Shown here: positions 25,921 to 39,888 of the stretch, one piece after another | Layout: every line of letters starts with the position of its first letter | Position numbering within the stretch: position 1 is the first letter of the stretch | DNA from: Catajapyx aquilonaris | Lineage: Eukaryota | Direction: 5' to 3' | Length of the DNA: 64,000 bases | Assembly (NCBI GenBank): GCA_000934665.2 | Contig: KZ538509.1 | Location: 1 to 64,000, forward strand | Translations under genes and position numbers: made by a program | The notes under the pieces: model-generated | What the model was told of the DNA's origin: nothing | The model's database searches: none | What the model saw: only the letters and a program-made list of their open reading frames with translations

Positions 25921-26010
25921 CAGTGGCGGATTTAGGGGGGGGGGGGCTCTAGCTCCCACAGAGGGGAAAAAACGGNGGGGGGGCAGAAAGAATTCCTGGA
26001 TCCGCCACTG
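25921..26010. mobile_element. 90-bp hAT-type MITE
   Basis: TIR CAGTGGCGGAT...ATCCGCCACTG; perfect 8-bp TSD TGTGTGAC (25913-20 / 26011-18). Confidence 0.92.
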
Positions 26011-27377
26011 TGTGTGACATAAGTAGATTCCGCCTAAATGGAGTCTTTCCAGATAGAGAGAGCATCATTTTTCTACCTTTCACACATAACTTCAATTAGT
26101 CCATTCCGCCACCCTGAACAGCATATCCAAGTGCACGATATTTGTATTTGCTGTTCACGTGAATGTGTTGATAGGTGAAGATATAGTGCCTTTTTATGAA
26201 TTTAAATGACCCCTGATCATAAACAATGGTCAACGAGGGCATTCATACCTTTGCTAGTAACTTACCTTTACACCCCTTCTGCCCCTTGTGACATACTTTA
26301 GGTTGGCTCGCAACTAATAAGACGAGAACCCATCTGATCCTGATTTATTCCCAGCTGCCTGAGCCATTCCGTCTCAAAATGAGTCGCTATTTTTTTACGT
26401 CTTTGAAGAATTTGTGCTTGACGAGAATTACTTCGCCTTGTGTTTATAATTTGTCATCGCAGTGCTAGCAGTGCGTCATTACCGGCAGAAATACCAAGCT
26501 CCCTGGGACCATCAACTTTAAAATCCAAGCTAATCCTAGCAGCAGAAAGTCGGATCGGGGAAGTTGATGTCTCTTTTGCCGCGACGAGTTAATCATCTCT
26601 CCACTGCAATCCCTCCAATCCAATTAGAAGTAAGGAGAGAAGGCCATTTTGACTAACATGATTTTCTCGGATTCCTTCTTGTTGAAAGTGACCTGACCCA
26701 CTGCTTCGACTTTCCGCTGTTGCAATATTGTTCGTTGTAAATTCTGGGAGCTTCTGGGTTTTATGTCCCACTACTATACTGTATACAGTATAATAGTATA
26801 TTATGCATTATACTGGTGGTTGCAATATTAATGGCGTCGCAGGTAGAACATTGCACGACTTTTTAAAATTATGGAACGATCTGAGCACTTGACAAAATTA
26901 ATATTAAATTCCCGTGTTGACGCAATAGAGAGATTGCTAATTAATAAGGCAGATTTAATTCGTTTCATTAGCGTTATGTGGTGTAATAACAGATTACTTT
27001 CGATGGAATGACATTATTAAATGCTACCAATTTAACGCATTAGACTGGTAATGAAAGGGAAGCAAATAAGTACCTTGTGTGACTGATTTTATTAAAATGT
27101 TAAAGCATTAAATTTATGTGGCAGTTACACCATTATTATAATCAAATGATTTGTGTGTGCCTCCAGAATATACGACATATCATTACCTACTGCAGACAAA
27201 TGACAATCAGCTTGACTTGCCTATAGGCTATACACCGAGAATAATTTACTCACCCTCAAAATGTGCCTAGTTTAATATGGAGGGACAATAAAATAATAAT
27301 GTTGTGAAGTTACCTATACACGGAGTGGAATCTTGGCCCTGAGACGGCACTAAAATGGTTCCTCTCGTACAAAGTTA

Positions 27378-27664
27378 CACTCCGATTCACATAAGAGTGA
27401 TGAGTGAACCTTTTTGGATATCCATACGCCCGAAAGTAGTGCCCACCATGCCGGGCCCTACAGCTCCTCACAACAAAATGTGCAGTTTGTGTAGCGCTGC
27501 AGCTACCGCATGGGCTGTCCATGATAATTAGGCAGTCGAATTACATGTACCAGCACTGTTTCTTCCAGAAAGCCAAAGATACCGAGGACAAATTTTGCGG
27601 CGGTTCACCGACCCCTCGGGCGTATGGATATCCAAAAAGGTTCACTCTTATGTAAATCGGAGAG
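27378..27664. mobile_element. TA-flanked MITE with about 50-bp TIRs
   Basis: Left CACTCCGATTCACATAAGAGTGA(tgagtga)ACCTTTTTGGATATCCATACGCCCGA is the inverse of right TCGGGCGTATGGATATCCAAAAAGGTTCACTCTTATGTAAATCGGAGAG; TA at 27376-77 and 27665-66. Confidence 0.85.
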
Positions 27665-28729
27665 TAAATGGGTTTTAAAATGCGCGACAAGCCAAATATG
27701 TTGTCACCCGTATTCCCATTTTTGGGGTCAACAACCTTTTGAACTTTATAAAAATGGATGTTTCGGTTCCCTGAACTCTTCTGACCTACTTCGACCTCGG
27801 ATGAACTCTGAACCGGCCCCAGATTTGCCTCTAGGCAGCACTGCCCTACCAACACTCCCACTGCACCTGTCCCCAGTGCCCTTTCCCTTCCAGCCCATCT
27901 TCCTCCTTTCTCCCTTCGATACTCCCGCCCCTGACTCATCTGTCTCATGCCATTACCTCCCAAACCCATCTGCTCCAGGGCGAACCGGCCCCTCCACTGC
28001 CTCTGCTTTCGCCCGGCACCCCCAAACTCTGCAAGTCCCTCGCCCTTCATCTCCACTTTTGTCCAAACACCGTTCCATCAATACTAAAAGGATCTCTTGG
28101 AATGATCCCATGGGACTCGTCACTTCCTAACTCCGCTCCTACACTTTCCCAGGGGCAACCCAGGGGCTAAAATTGTAGAGGTTGACCTACTGCTTAAATG
28201 AGATTAATGTAATATTACAATGTAGCTAATGTAATGTGTTGCGTATTTGAGCAACTGGTGACAACAAACATTCAGGGTCATCAATATTAATGCATCTATT
28301 TCCATGTAGTGTTGCCAACAATCAATGTATATTTTGGTCTCATTTTGCCCTGCTGCCACCTCAGATGGCCTCGGAGGTCAAATTATGCACTGATGACCTT
28401 CCGCATCATACTTACCCCTAGTGAACCTCCTTTGGCATTCCTAGATGGTTCCATATTGATTTGCATCGAGGACAGACAGACAGCCGCTAATACATAATAC
28501 AACACAAATAGTCTAGTCAAGATAATCTAATATATTGTATTAGATTATCTTGGGGTTGTTGTCAAGGGGTAACTGAATAATATCTTGATAATACAAAGAG
28601 CTGATAATACCCGCTTACAAAGAGTTATATTACATCCCTGCGTTCCTTTATCTGTGGCCAAGATGAAATAAGAAGCGCAATCACGAGCATGCCTTGCACT
28701 CTTATAGGCGGACAAAATGTTTTCACGTA

Positions 28730-28893
28730 CAGTGTTGGACATTAATCGTGGCACTGGTAGCTAGCGACATTTTCCGAATCGGCGGAAGAAGGAATCGAAG
28801 ATAAGGATACTGCAAGCCGGGCGAGCAAGATGACTTCTTCTGCCGCTTCGGAAAATGTCGCTAGCAGTATGCCTCGATTTATGTCCAACACTG
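28730..28893. mobile_element. Palindromic MITE family A, copy 2
   Basis: Highly similar to 5625-5786 in the same orientation; TA at 28728-29 and 28894-95. Confidence 0.92.
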
Positions 28894-30333
28894 TACTATA
28901 CCCTCTTGCGCCTCGGTGTGAAATGGATCAAAGTGAACATTATATTCAAGTAAGGAGGTCGAGGAATGGGAGGGTAAGGCTAGCACAAACTTGAAGCCAC
29001 GTAAACTCATACCTCCTTCATTTGACGACTATATACGACCCCTGCAAGGCTATGCCATAGTTATCGTCGCAGGGAAACGAGCCAAATTTAATCTCGCTTC
29101 ATCCATGGTATATCTCTGCCGGGACCCTTTTGGCTTAGGTGGTCTGGAAGACATTAGGCCTTTTGTGGCACAGGAAGTCTTGGTGCGGAATTCTAATAGA
29201 ACTGGAAATACCTCTAACCTAGGGTCATATGCATTGCACCCACGGGCTGCATATAAGGTGTGCGCAAAGTGCCTACTAAGTCGATCCTTTACCTCATTCA
29301 TGTGATTTCATACGCTATAAATGCCAGAGAAATAAATGGGAAAATATAAGGATACGTATGTCACTATTTTTACTGTGATCAATAACCTCTTCCTGGTCCA
29401 AGCGTATTGTTATTGCGTTGGTAAAATTATTAATAAATATTTAATTGTGTTCGATCATAAATAAATAAGGATAAGGATATTCACGATATGTGTGTCATGT
29501 GGTCATAGGGTCATGTAAGCCATAATAATCCTTGTGCATATCTGATGATAATTTGGGCTCATGTTGGAACTTGGGGTAGTTATGGGTTTCTTGAGTTATG
29601 TGATTGGAATAATTTATTTCGCGTACTAATGGGTGTAATGGGTTTTCTTCTTTCAAATAAATTAACTTGAGCCTTCTGCATAGCTGACTATCCATTCCAT
29701 AAGGAAATGTCGTGTTGCTGTTGTCGTCGTTGCAGTGTGACTTTTAATGTATGATTGGCAGATTAGGATTATAACGTCAATGTTTCAAATCGAACCTCCT
29801 AAATGTATAATATTGTTTCACATGGTTTCGTTATCAACCGAAATTAACCTAGCCGCATGGTACCGAAAGTCAGTGCGCAATACTGACGACAATCAACGCG
29901 TTTATCATTGACAGTTTCATGTGACACAGCATTAATGAATTGGCGTTAACAAATAGAGGAGGAGTATCGATAGAATTCGTGACACATAATCTAATTTATG
30001 GCGTAAAATCGTGGTATACAAAAGTGTTTTATTTTCTGCTGATACCTTTCGGGTTGACGGTAGCATGACACTGGTGGTGTCAAAATCGGTGGCTTATGTA
30101 GGATAAAATGCATGAAACAGCAGTATTTTCAAAGTTATTAAAGGATTAACCAATCATTCGCGCGTGAGCCCCATAAAGCGTCTCCGTTTACGCATAATAA
30201 AGGGTATCAAAAATCAGCAGGTTTCTTTTTGCAACTATTATCATCTTCCAAGTTATAATTAGAGGTATTGTCCAGAGATAATGCGCCGGAAAATCAGAAG
30301 TTAAAAATTGCATGTTATTGAACACGTGTTAGC

Positions 30334-30560
30334 GGGCGGCACTGTGGTGTAGTGGTTATCGCCGCAGCCTTCCACCTCTCAAGTCCCATGTTCAATCCCC
30401 AGAGAGGTAATCATGTGGAATGAGGTTCGGTGAGTTCTCTACATGCTCGCGTGGGATTTCTTGAGGTACTCGCTTTCTCCCATTTCCGCCTACAATGAAA
30501 ATCCATCCAATCTTGAATAATGCTTGCATGTACAGTCTAGGCTCTACAGGGTATTCCTAT
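30334..30560 (+). mobile_element. Diverged copy of SINE family S2
   Basis: Head GGGCGGCACTGTGGTGTAGTGGTTATCGCCGCAGCCTTCCACCTCT...GTTCAATCCCC and core GCGTGGGATTTCTTGAGGTACTC align by eye to the 18504-18772 copy; tail degenerate (GGCTCTACAGGGTATTCC). Confidence 0.8.
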
Positions 30561-31128
30561 TAAAGGTGCACACTACCCCTCAGGCTTAGCTTCCGTGCGA
30601 TATTCCAATGCGAAATTGCCTTGCAGTTCATTTAGGCGATTTCATCTTTATTATATCTATCATCTATGCTAATTTTTGTTATGCTATCTGACATGCACGG
30701 GACAAAAAATAATATCCAGTGACCCACTTAGCAAGGGTGGTTCGTGGTGGGATGATCCTAACATTCACGTGCATGACGAAATTAAAATCAACAATCCATA
30801 TAGACCTTACCAGTAAGGTCTATGCAACAATCGATTACTTTCGTATAATGTCACCAAAATTAACTCAAATTATTATGTCTGAGAATAACTCCAAGAGGAA
30901 ATCCCCATCTTGAAGCATATCCTATGTGTACGGTCCCTGCGAGCTGAAACCCCTCGGAAAATAAAGTGTCATACGACGGCGCTAGAGCGACCTGAACTCA
31001 AAGAGAGGTGAGTAGGTCTGAGTTCATCACTTGCGGCAGCGATTTACCTCCAAACCCAGTGATCGCTCAGCCGAGGAGTTTGGTTTGGGGGACAATTTTG
31101 CGAGGAAGCGGCCGAAACTGAGGAGAAA

Positions 31129-31160
31129 GGAGGGAGGGAGGGAGGGAGGGAGGGAGGGGA
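31129..31160 (+). repeat. (GGGA)n tract, potential G-quadruplex
   Basis: About seven GGG runs separated by single A. Confidence 0.85.
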
Positions 31161-34100
31161 ATATATTGGCGAGTTGGTCGGGGAGGGCCAGGGGACTGTG
31201 GTGCTGCAAAGTTGGGAGGGACAGCAAAGACGTTGATGGATGCGACACGAGCCAATTTAGTTACTCTTATTCGCGGAAGGTAATTTCTATGCTAATGGTG
31301 GATGGGGATGGCGCATGTCAACCCCGAACAAACACTCATCGCCTGCGTCCAAGATTGCGAATCCTCTTCAGGCCCATTTCGGTGCTGCTGTTCGCATCTC
31401 AACGTCCCAGCTTACCTTCTTAGTGGGGGTACAGGAGAGAAAGGGGGATGCTGCCCTTCGGCTTGTGCTTATTTACATCTATTACTCGCCTTGTTACATA
31501 ATAATAGGGTTACACTCCCACGAGATATTCGTCTCTAATCAGGATATATGTTAGCATAAGAAAACCATTATCTGTCATATTGCTCTGAATAATGCATGCT
31601 GATTTATAGTTCTGAATAGTCGATGTGAATGTTTATTATTGCGTATACAAACAGATCAGGTAGGTACTTGCGTAATCATTTGGGACAAAAGGGAGCTTGC
31701 ATATGACAGGGCAGCTGTTACAAACTGGTAATTCAAAAGTCCATATTTACCCCCTTTTTGTGACTCAATTACAAGTACACCCAGACCTTTCAGACTTGGC
31801 CCTAGTTGGCCAAGTAACGGAACAAAGTTTGCTCATATTGCTCTTTTGCGTGCACCTTTAATCCTTTTCATTGGGGACCCCTACCAGCCTCATTTAGTGT
31901 GGGGGGCATTTTCTTCAATCCTTCCCTTATGAAGACATTCGGTTGGCTTATTGACTTTGAAGGGAGACCGAGAGGACTACTTGTAAAGGCGGTATATTCT
32001 TTCTTCATTCACCGGAGTACTTCTCTTCTGGAGGGGGCGCTTTTAAGGTCCTTCACTGGAGAGCCTTTATGCAGCCTTCCAATAGTTTTCAACAACTCCC
32101 GCCATTAATGATGCGTGCAGTAGTAGCCACCTTTCACGGGGAGGAAAGGCCGTGAGAGTGCCTGCCAGATGGACCACTCTAAATGCTTCATGGTCATCAG
32201 AATCTGTTGGTGTTAGAAGTATAAATCGTTCCAGACAAATGATTTGGCTAGATTTGTTACCAAGCTTTTGCAAGAAATTGACTCGAAAATAATTACTATC
32301 TTGTCGGAAACATGATGAAGCCATACCACTTATTTTGCATTCAAAACGGAGCTGGCTTGCTTTTGATGTACTGTAGTTCTTGAAGAGACACAATTGAGGT
32401 TGTCCTTGTCACTCGGCTGACATTGCTCGAGTGTCGTCATTGTCAAAGAACAAGGCCGCTTGTCTTTCGCGTGGAGCAGGCCTATAGCAGTTATGCAGTG
32501 GTAGAAAATTAACGCAGCCCATTCTACGAATCCTTTCCCAACTTTTCAATTGTAAGTCACTCTAATTAAGGCTCAGGTTTATCTATGTCATTAAGATGAT
32601 TCATAAGCATAATGCCAACAACTACTGTTACAATCAAGTTTCAGGATTAAGGAGGAATGTAAAGGTTCTCGGTGTGGCAAACAATAAAGTGACGCTATAC
32701 AGTCACAGGGTGGTACGATGCAAACTGGTCGTCTATTTCTGTTCTGTGATAACTTATTTATTCTGAAAATGTTCGAAATATCCTACATACACTTTTGGTG
32801 ACGATTATTCGATTATTAAATCGGAGTAAACACCAAACTTATGAAGGAGGCCCCTATAATTTAGTGTTTTCCGGCATAGCAAATCGGATAATACAGTAAA
32901 AATAGCTCGGTAGTGATAGGAATCCCAATTTTGATTATTATTCAGTGATGTTTACGAGACTGAACATAAGTTTGCGGCATGCTGTCATCCGGAGTTACGG
33001 GGCGACGAAAGTAATTAAGGTTCCCTATTCTGTGCTACAGACAGTAGTAATGTAATATGGTATGAGGTATTGGTCTTCTTATCATTCCGCCTGAGGGAAG
33101 AAATCTAGTGTATTGGAGCTGCGAATAAAAGACCTGATTAATTTCCTTCCGACATTATATTCCAATTTGCTCACTGGGCTCAAATCGTTCGCTTTTCAAT
33201 ATGGCCTGAGCTGGTATATATGCCTGTCGCGTCTCGCTCAATGAGCTATCTCCTATTCCTCGGGGGTATAAATAAGTCGTTTCCTATAGAGCACTTGTGA
33301 ATCACAGCGTTATGTTGATCTTGTGATTTCGAAGTACATCCTTTGGGTTATTAATCATTGTGCCACGCGACTTATTGGGGCCCGAGATAAAAGAAGGTGG
33401 AAGCTGCACCACCCATCATCATGGGGTCTTTTCCAAACAGCTTTTCCATTTTTTGCATCAATTAGCTGCTCCAATATTCCAAAAGCTTGCAAGATAAATA
33501 TGCTTTTAAAAAGGTTTGATCTATCTGAAATCGGATGTTATTGAGTTTTACATTAAGCTCCATGGATGTTGGAGTCACGGTTGCTTAGCGGCTAGATTCT
33601 ATTAAAGTTTTGTACCTACGTTAATGAGAGAATAATCAATTCAGTTTGTAGCCCATATTTTTTTTCATATCCCTCTCATGCAGCTCCAATGAGGACAAAA
33701 TGAGACTACCCCCTGGGAACAATCCATCGAATATTATTACTCCCCTTTTCCAGTTAACCCTTTCGAGTGTGGTTGGTCCGAAGGAATGGGAAACCCAGGC
33801 CTGCTTTTGAGGTGGTTACAGCTCTCTACGGACACAAAAGGAATGTGGTGGACGAATACTGCACCGTAGGGTATATAATTCCGCAGTGCAGCCTGGATTT
33901 AAAATGTCCTGTTGGGCGCAAGTAATTAGTTCAACTTTCCGAATTTTTTATTCTCACCTATATACCTGGGTTCGTTTTAAAGGATGTTCTCTTTCGAATT
34001 GAGAGACGTCCCTGAAGCTGTAGAGGTTGGGGAATGGAGGCAGAGAAGGGGCTTATATGCCGCGATGAGCTTTCGGAGAGTAAGTGCAGAGTCGCCCTCT

Positions 34101-36372
34101 GGGACCTTTGATACTACTTGTTCTCTGCACTTGGCCGGCTCTCTCGTAGCTCAGCTTCCTCCCTAACTTCTGCTTCCTGTTTCTATTACGTCTCGAAAGA
34201 TTCTATGTCTCTCTATTCATTGAATTGGGAGCAATCTGTTACAGTGTGCTATTATGAGTACTTATTCAGAGGGGGAAACCGTACACTCCTATCTGGTGAG
34301 TTCAATATGTTCAAATTGGTGTTACAATTGAGTGTAATAATAATTTATTTACTTGCTCTGCGAATCGGAATAATTAAATGGAATAATCAGAGGAGCAGGT
34401 CCTTGTTAGCTGTTTGAGATGTTATCGGCTGGCTTTTGCCATATGCGCCGGTAACTTAATGACCGCATATTCCACACGGGGCCAACTTATCAGGGAAGTA
34501 AATTGTCGACGACAGGGCGTAATACGTATTTGAGGAGAGGGCGGGGAATATGGCGCCGTAAAAACTCCCTTTCCAGTGAAGTGTCAACGGTCTAGGTTTC
34601 TAGGGATCTGCTCATAAATTCTACCTCCCCCACCACGTCCTATTCCCCTACCCATGCGCCCCCGCCTCTCCGCCTCGACCTGCTTCACCACCTTTCTTCT
34701 CTTGAACCTTCTAGCTAGACCTGGGCAACATTCACGAACAAAAAGTGCCAGCGAGAGTTATAAATGTGCATTTACGACATGTTTCTTGCCTCAAAGGATA
34801 TGAATTCAGGACCTCCCAAAAAGTCAAGTCGGTTATCAACCTCATGCAAAAGTCAACACTATTGCGCATGACAAAGTTAGGGAGAAATGTTTGTCTCTTC
34901 CAGGTTCAAATCTGATTCCCAAAGTCCCCTTCTCTCTGGTGCGGTAAACACGAGGGGTTCCATGCAGCCTAGTGGGGGGTGTTTCAACAGGTATGCCCGT
35001 ATTGTCAACTCTCGGATCCAATATCAAAGGGATTAAATTGTCGATTCTTGGCCATTTTCCACAAGTCATGTGATTTAGAACTGGCATTAACGCGCCCTGC
35101 CTTTGTATAGTTGACGATTCTCTTGGGACCATCCCGGAAAACAATGTCGATTCCTTATACCCCCTTCCGACTTGTGCAAACTATAAAACAATTAAGCTGC
35201 CATCAGCACACTGCATTTCTCTCAGCGGCAGGCTATTGTTGCACTGACGCGTCATTTCCACGACTTTAACGTGGCTTTATTGCCAACACCTCCCTTGACC
35301 TCCACCTAAAGGTTTCTTCTCCAATTACGTGGGGTTACAGGGCACTTCTGGCCCTACTCAGCGTAATGGTCATACACTACACAGGTAAAGCTCACTTTGC
35401 GCAATAGGCTTTCCTTTATAGGCGATTAAAAATGCATTTATACACACTGGAATTCAGAGTAATTAATAAATTCAATGGCCACCACTAAGCCCACAAGTAT
35501 GATCAGTGTATTTAGTGTAAATGTGATGTAGTGTTTCACTATCAGATTGTAGGACAACCACTCCCGCATATATTTGAATACTATTAAGTATTAACATATG
35601 AGGCAATATTCCGAGCATAAAATGGAACAACCTGACAAAAGAACAGGCGGTGAGAAACCCGAGAAGAAGAAGAAAAAATCAGTTTTTAATCAGGTCCCGT
35701 TTTCGGCGAGGCTGCTATGGCGACCCCATGACGCGGTACGTCGCGTCGGCGTCCTTTGTGAGGCTTTTGTGCAATGTGGGAAAATAGTTGCAGGTGACAT
35801 ATTTCCCATCACATCGTCGCTGGCAACAACGCCACCCACACTCGCCTCAACACCATCTAACCCCATATCGCCAAACCCCATGGTCTCAGATCGACAGTTC
35901 CCTAATTGTTAGTCATTGCCGTCAGGAGACGTGGTTGCGGGGATTATAACCGAGCCTGTCTATACTGTAGTTCCTCTTCGGCCGTAATGATTAGTCTGGG
36001 AACCAACACCGCTTTGATCTCTTGTTTGAGACTCTCACTCTGGCCTGCAGCTACGGTAAGGATTACCTCCATGTCGACAACTTGCCTTCCTCAATTTAAC
36101 AGCTGTGACGATGAATATAGTTTGTGTACCTAGTGTAGGCGACAATGTCTCGTGCATTCTTGTAGATTACCCGCACTGTAACTGTAGCCTTTGACATCAG
36201 CCAAATCAGCTGGTCAAATTTTTTTAAGAGTCAGGAATGTATGTATATAGAGGGAAGTTCTTGGATGTGGCGCAGAAAGTTTGTTTCTTGGGTCGTGTCG
36301 TGCCCTCAGGATTTCATCTCATTTGAACTGTGCACGCCGAGAAAATTAAGTCCAGGAACTTTGAACTTTTGC

Positions 36373-36612
36373 GCTCTAAGAGATGCTAAATATCTGCTTC
36401 TGACGCTCCGGCAAGTTCAAGAAAAGTGCTTAACAAACGGATCCTGAAGTTCCCTTTGAATATGGCTATATAGGACACTTCGAGGCAGGATGTCCTTGCA
36501 GAAAAGCGATGGAAAAAAAGAGTAGGGATTATTGGGCTATGAAATAAGGACGTTTTAGAAATCAGACACTCTAGCAGAATGGGAGAACAAATAAGACTGT
36601 CATTCAACTGGA
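36373..36612 (+). pseudogene. Possible highly decayed non-LTR retrotransposon (R1-like) post-RT fragment
   Basis: Across stops and a frameshift: ALRDAKY..LRQVQ...L*I..YRTL, DVLAEKR, TLAEWENK*D..STG. These recall the R1-clade motifs AL....L..VQR..ALR...AYRTVS, DLLAEER and W...WD...KG in the expected order. Weak, by-eye match only. Confidence 0.3.
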
Positions 36613-38603
36613 AATATGAGCGTCACTGTAGAAATAAGAGCCTGAAGGAAATCATCTCGCTCATATACACCTGGAAAAGTAAGAGATAAAGCCTTTTCAG
36701 ATATTGAAAAAGTATTGCAGACCCAGTGTTGGCCTATAAAAGCCGATGCAGGAACAAACTTTCGCTACAGTGTTCCCGAAAGCCTATATCCCATATCAAC
36801 TTCAATCATTTCCTGTCGGAGTCAGTTTCTTTCTCTGCGGACCACAAAATAATGGGCAATGTGATTGCTTCTCTCTTCTCTCTTCAGAAATGAAATTATC
36901 ATATCACATCACATCATATATCCCCCACTAATACGCGTAATTGTGGCTGATCTGCAGGGAACGGAAAGTTAGAATCGCTTACATGTTTTAGCTCTTATCT
37001 TTTATCTGGAATTATAGCTGAGTGACGATGACAATATATTACGACTTTCAACGGTACCATTCTATGTTCAGTAGAAAATTTGGAAATTTTCCATAAATAC
37101 GTATAGAGCACTCCTGATTAATCACAATTTGGCAAGTATAGCTCTTCATTTATGAATATTTCAAAAGCATCAGAAACACATGGCTGATTAAGCGTCACCT
37201 GTATTCAGTGAATCTCATAACAATATAGGCGCGGTTGGGAGGTGGGCCACAACGCGAATAGGATCCCAGTGGCTTTATAAAGCGGTCGTTATGGAGCAAG
37301 ATCAGGTTGAGGTGGGCCAGGAAATGGCCTTCTAAAACCCTTTTCAGGCGGTTCAGATTCGCCTCGTAAAATTGCCAATGAATGTCCCAATTTCATTCAA
37401 ACGTAATACATTATCGGCAGAGCCAGCTGAGGATCTAAAGCTGTGAGATCGTCGCCTCGCTTTCGACTACTGCGCTGGGGAACACAGTGGGGGACCGTAT
37501 GCAAATTATTCTCAGAGAATTCACGAAGGCTGTCAAAGCTGAATTGCAGCAGGGGGATAACTACTTTTGTACAAAGTGGGAAACATGCAAGCCTAGAAGG
37601 ATTCAATTTTGGCGTGTTTACGACGACCCATGAAACAGAAATGGAGGTCAGTGCAAAAAAGTTTTGAAAAAAATAGGTAGTGTTACGTAAGAGTTGCTGT
37701 AAAATTCTGCGCCATAAAATGCCTTAGTTATTCGCACTAAATTTATAAAGTTTGTCCAATATCGTTGGAGGCTGGGCACATAAGTTTTTGCATTTCATCA
37801 CGAGGCAACTGAAAGTAATCAGTGTGTGCTATATCTTTGTTCCAACCCGGAGGACATTATCAAAGATGTTTGTTTTCCTCAGTATGACTACAGTATATTC
37901 ATACATTTCTCTAGCCTTCTCCATGATTATAAAATATGCAAGAACCCATTTTCATGCAGAGATTTTTGAACAAGAATGTACTGGTACTTGAAGTATATGA
38001 GACGAGCCTTGTATCAGGCTTCTCCGAGTGGTTTCTTATTTCCTAGACGATATATTTCCTGGAAAATGAAGCTGAGTAGACTAGAAAGCCTTTCTTCGGC
38101 ACTGTGTTTTGGCCATAAATATCTTCCTCTCTTATTGGAATTGGGTTCCTCATTTCTTGTCGTCTCCCCCGGTCCTCAAGACTAGCTAGGGAAAGGTTGG
38201 AAAGAGTTTCATTCTTGGCACAACCCGGAAATAACACCACTACCCACTCAGCTCCTTTTATTCTCTCGTGTCTCTTACTTCGGTTTAGCGGATTTTATCT
38301 CTCGTCTGCCATAAGCCCAGATTGCATAATAAACTCGAAAGCAGAATATGCAGGTTAAAAAACAGCGCTTGGATAATTATCAAAGAGAAAATAATTGAGG
38401 CTTCTGGGGAATGTTTCTTTAAAATAAATGAAATAGAATTTTCCTTTGCCTTCTTTATTACAGTACAGTACACCGACGAAAGTGGCTTAGTGTAGTTCAT
38501 GCGCAAGTTAAGGACAATATCATATTAGTGGCCCGTGGGAAATCACAATCGCGGCTACTGTATCCAAATGTTTCCTATGGATAATAATCTATACATTCTA
38601 TAG

Positions 38604-39111
38604 CAGGGATATTCAACTGGCGGACCGCGGCGCAATTTTGTCCGGACCGCGACAATATACAGGACAGTTTGAAATAGCATGATAAATTACTAATTCATGT
38701 TTTTTTGGAAAAAGTGCTACCAATTTCATCAAATACACACCCATTCAAATCTCCCACATCTCACCTAAGCTCCTCTCCTCACCCCCAAAAAAATTCGCCT
38801 GCGGCGGGCTCGTTCCCCGCCTTTTACGGCTTGTTCACCTTTTGCTTACGAAATGGGCCCCCCTCCGAAATTCTTCTGCCTACGCTCCTGTACAGGACAT
38901 CATAAAGGGCGAAATTGTCTTACAATGCCCTGTCTTGATAGGCCCTCCTACCCTTGCTGCACATGTTTATATTTTCGAATATGAACCCTGTGGTACCATA
39001 TAAAATCTATATATTTTTATCCTGGGGGGGGGGGGGTTGTCCGGACCTTCAATGGCCCATGAAAGGTAAATACTGGACCTTGTCAGAAACTAGTAATGTT
39101 GAATACCCCTG
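38604..39111. mobile_element. Non-autonomous hAT element (Charlie/Buster-like)
   Basis: TIR CAGGG(A/G)TATTCAAC; perfect 8-bp TSD TTCTATAG with central TA (38596-603 / 39112-19); subterminal CGGACC/TGGACC repeats. Confidence 0.9.
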
Positions 39112-39888
39112 TTCTATAGTATACAATTCCTAAAATGTATTATAAGACTTGATGTATGAGTAGGTGTCAGTGCAAAATCTTTATTTTTACGCCAGAATTT
39201 ATCACGTTCTAAGGGTTACCAGAAATTTCCATACCGCTTATCCCATAACTGTATTTTTATACCCTCTATACTTTTGCCAGAAGAGTCTGAAAGCAGCTGC
39301 AGCTTGAGAACCACTGCGCCACTCGTAACTGTTAAAATAAAACTGATATAGTGCAAAAAATATAGAACACCAACTGTTGACACAATTATTTGCGTCTTTA
39401 GCTTCTTTCCAATGAACATAAATTATGTTATACTTGTAGAAGATGAAAGTAAGTGAAACGTTCTTTGCGCCTTATATTGCCTGCTCCTATTGTACCGCCG
39501 AAAAAACCGGGTTTTCACGCTCAGTGTTTAAAAAAAATAGTCTTCATGCATGGGATAATATTATAGGGCCGGGAGTATGAAGGCGAATAAGGGTAAATCT
39601 CCTTTTTTGTATATACGTATTCACAACACATAATTCAACCTAAGCCTAGATTTGCTCCTGAATTGCATTCATACAATAACCGGCTCTTAGTAATCCAAAG
39701 GGGTCGTTTATGAAGGCCACAGATGTTTTTAACCACAAAAATATACTTGAAAATAAATCGATACCAGGGCGTGTTGTACAAGTACGACGCAAATTAAAGT
39801 GAAATCTGCGATTTGTATCGGGATTTACGACAATATAATCAGACATTTTAGCATAATACTGTACAGTATATAATACTGGACGAATAGT

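Noticed and set aside
30540..30556. miR-10-like (TCTACAGGGTA) and miR-iab-4-like (ACGTATACTG at 22561) partial matches
   Set aside because: Only 10-11 nt match, with no precursor hairpin; the first lies in a SINE tail. There is no support for a Hox-cluster assignment.
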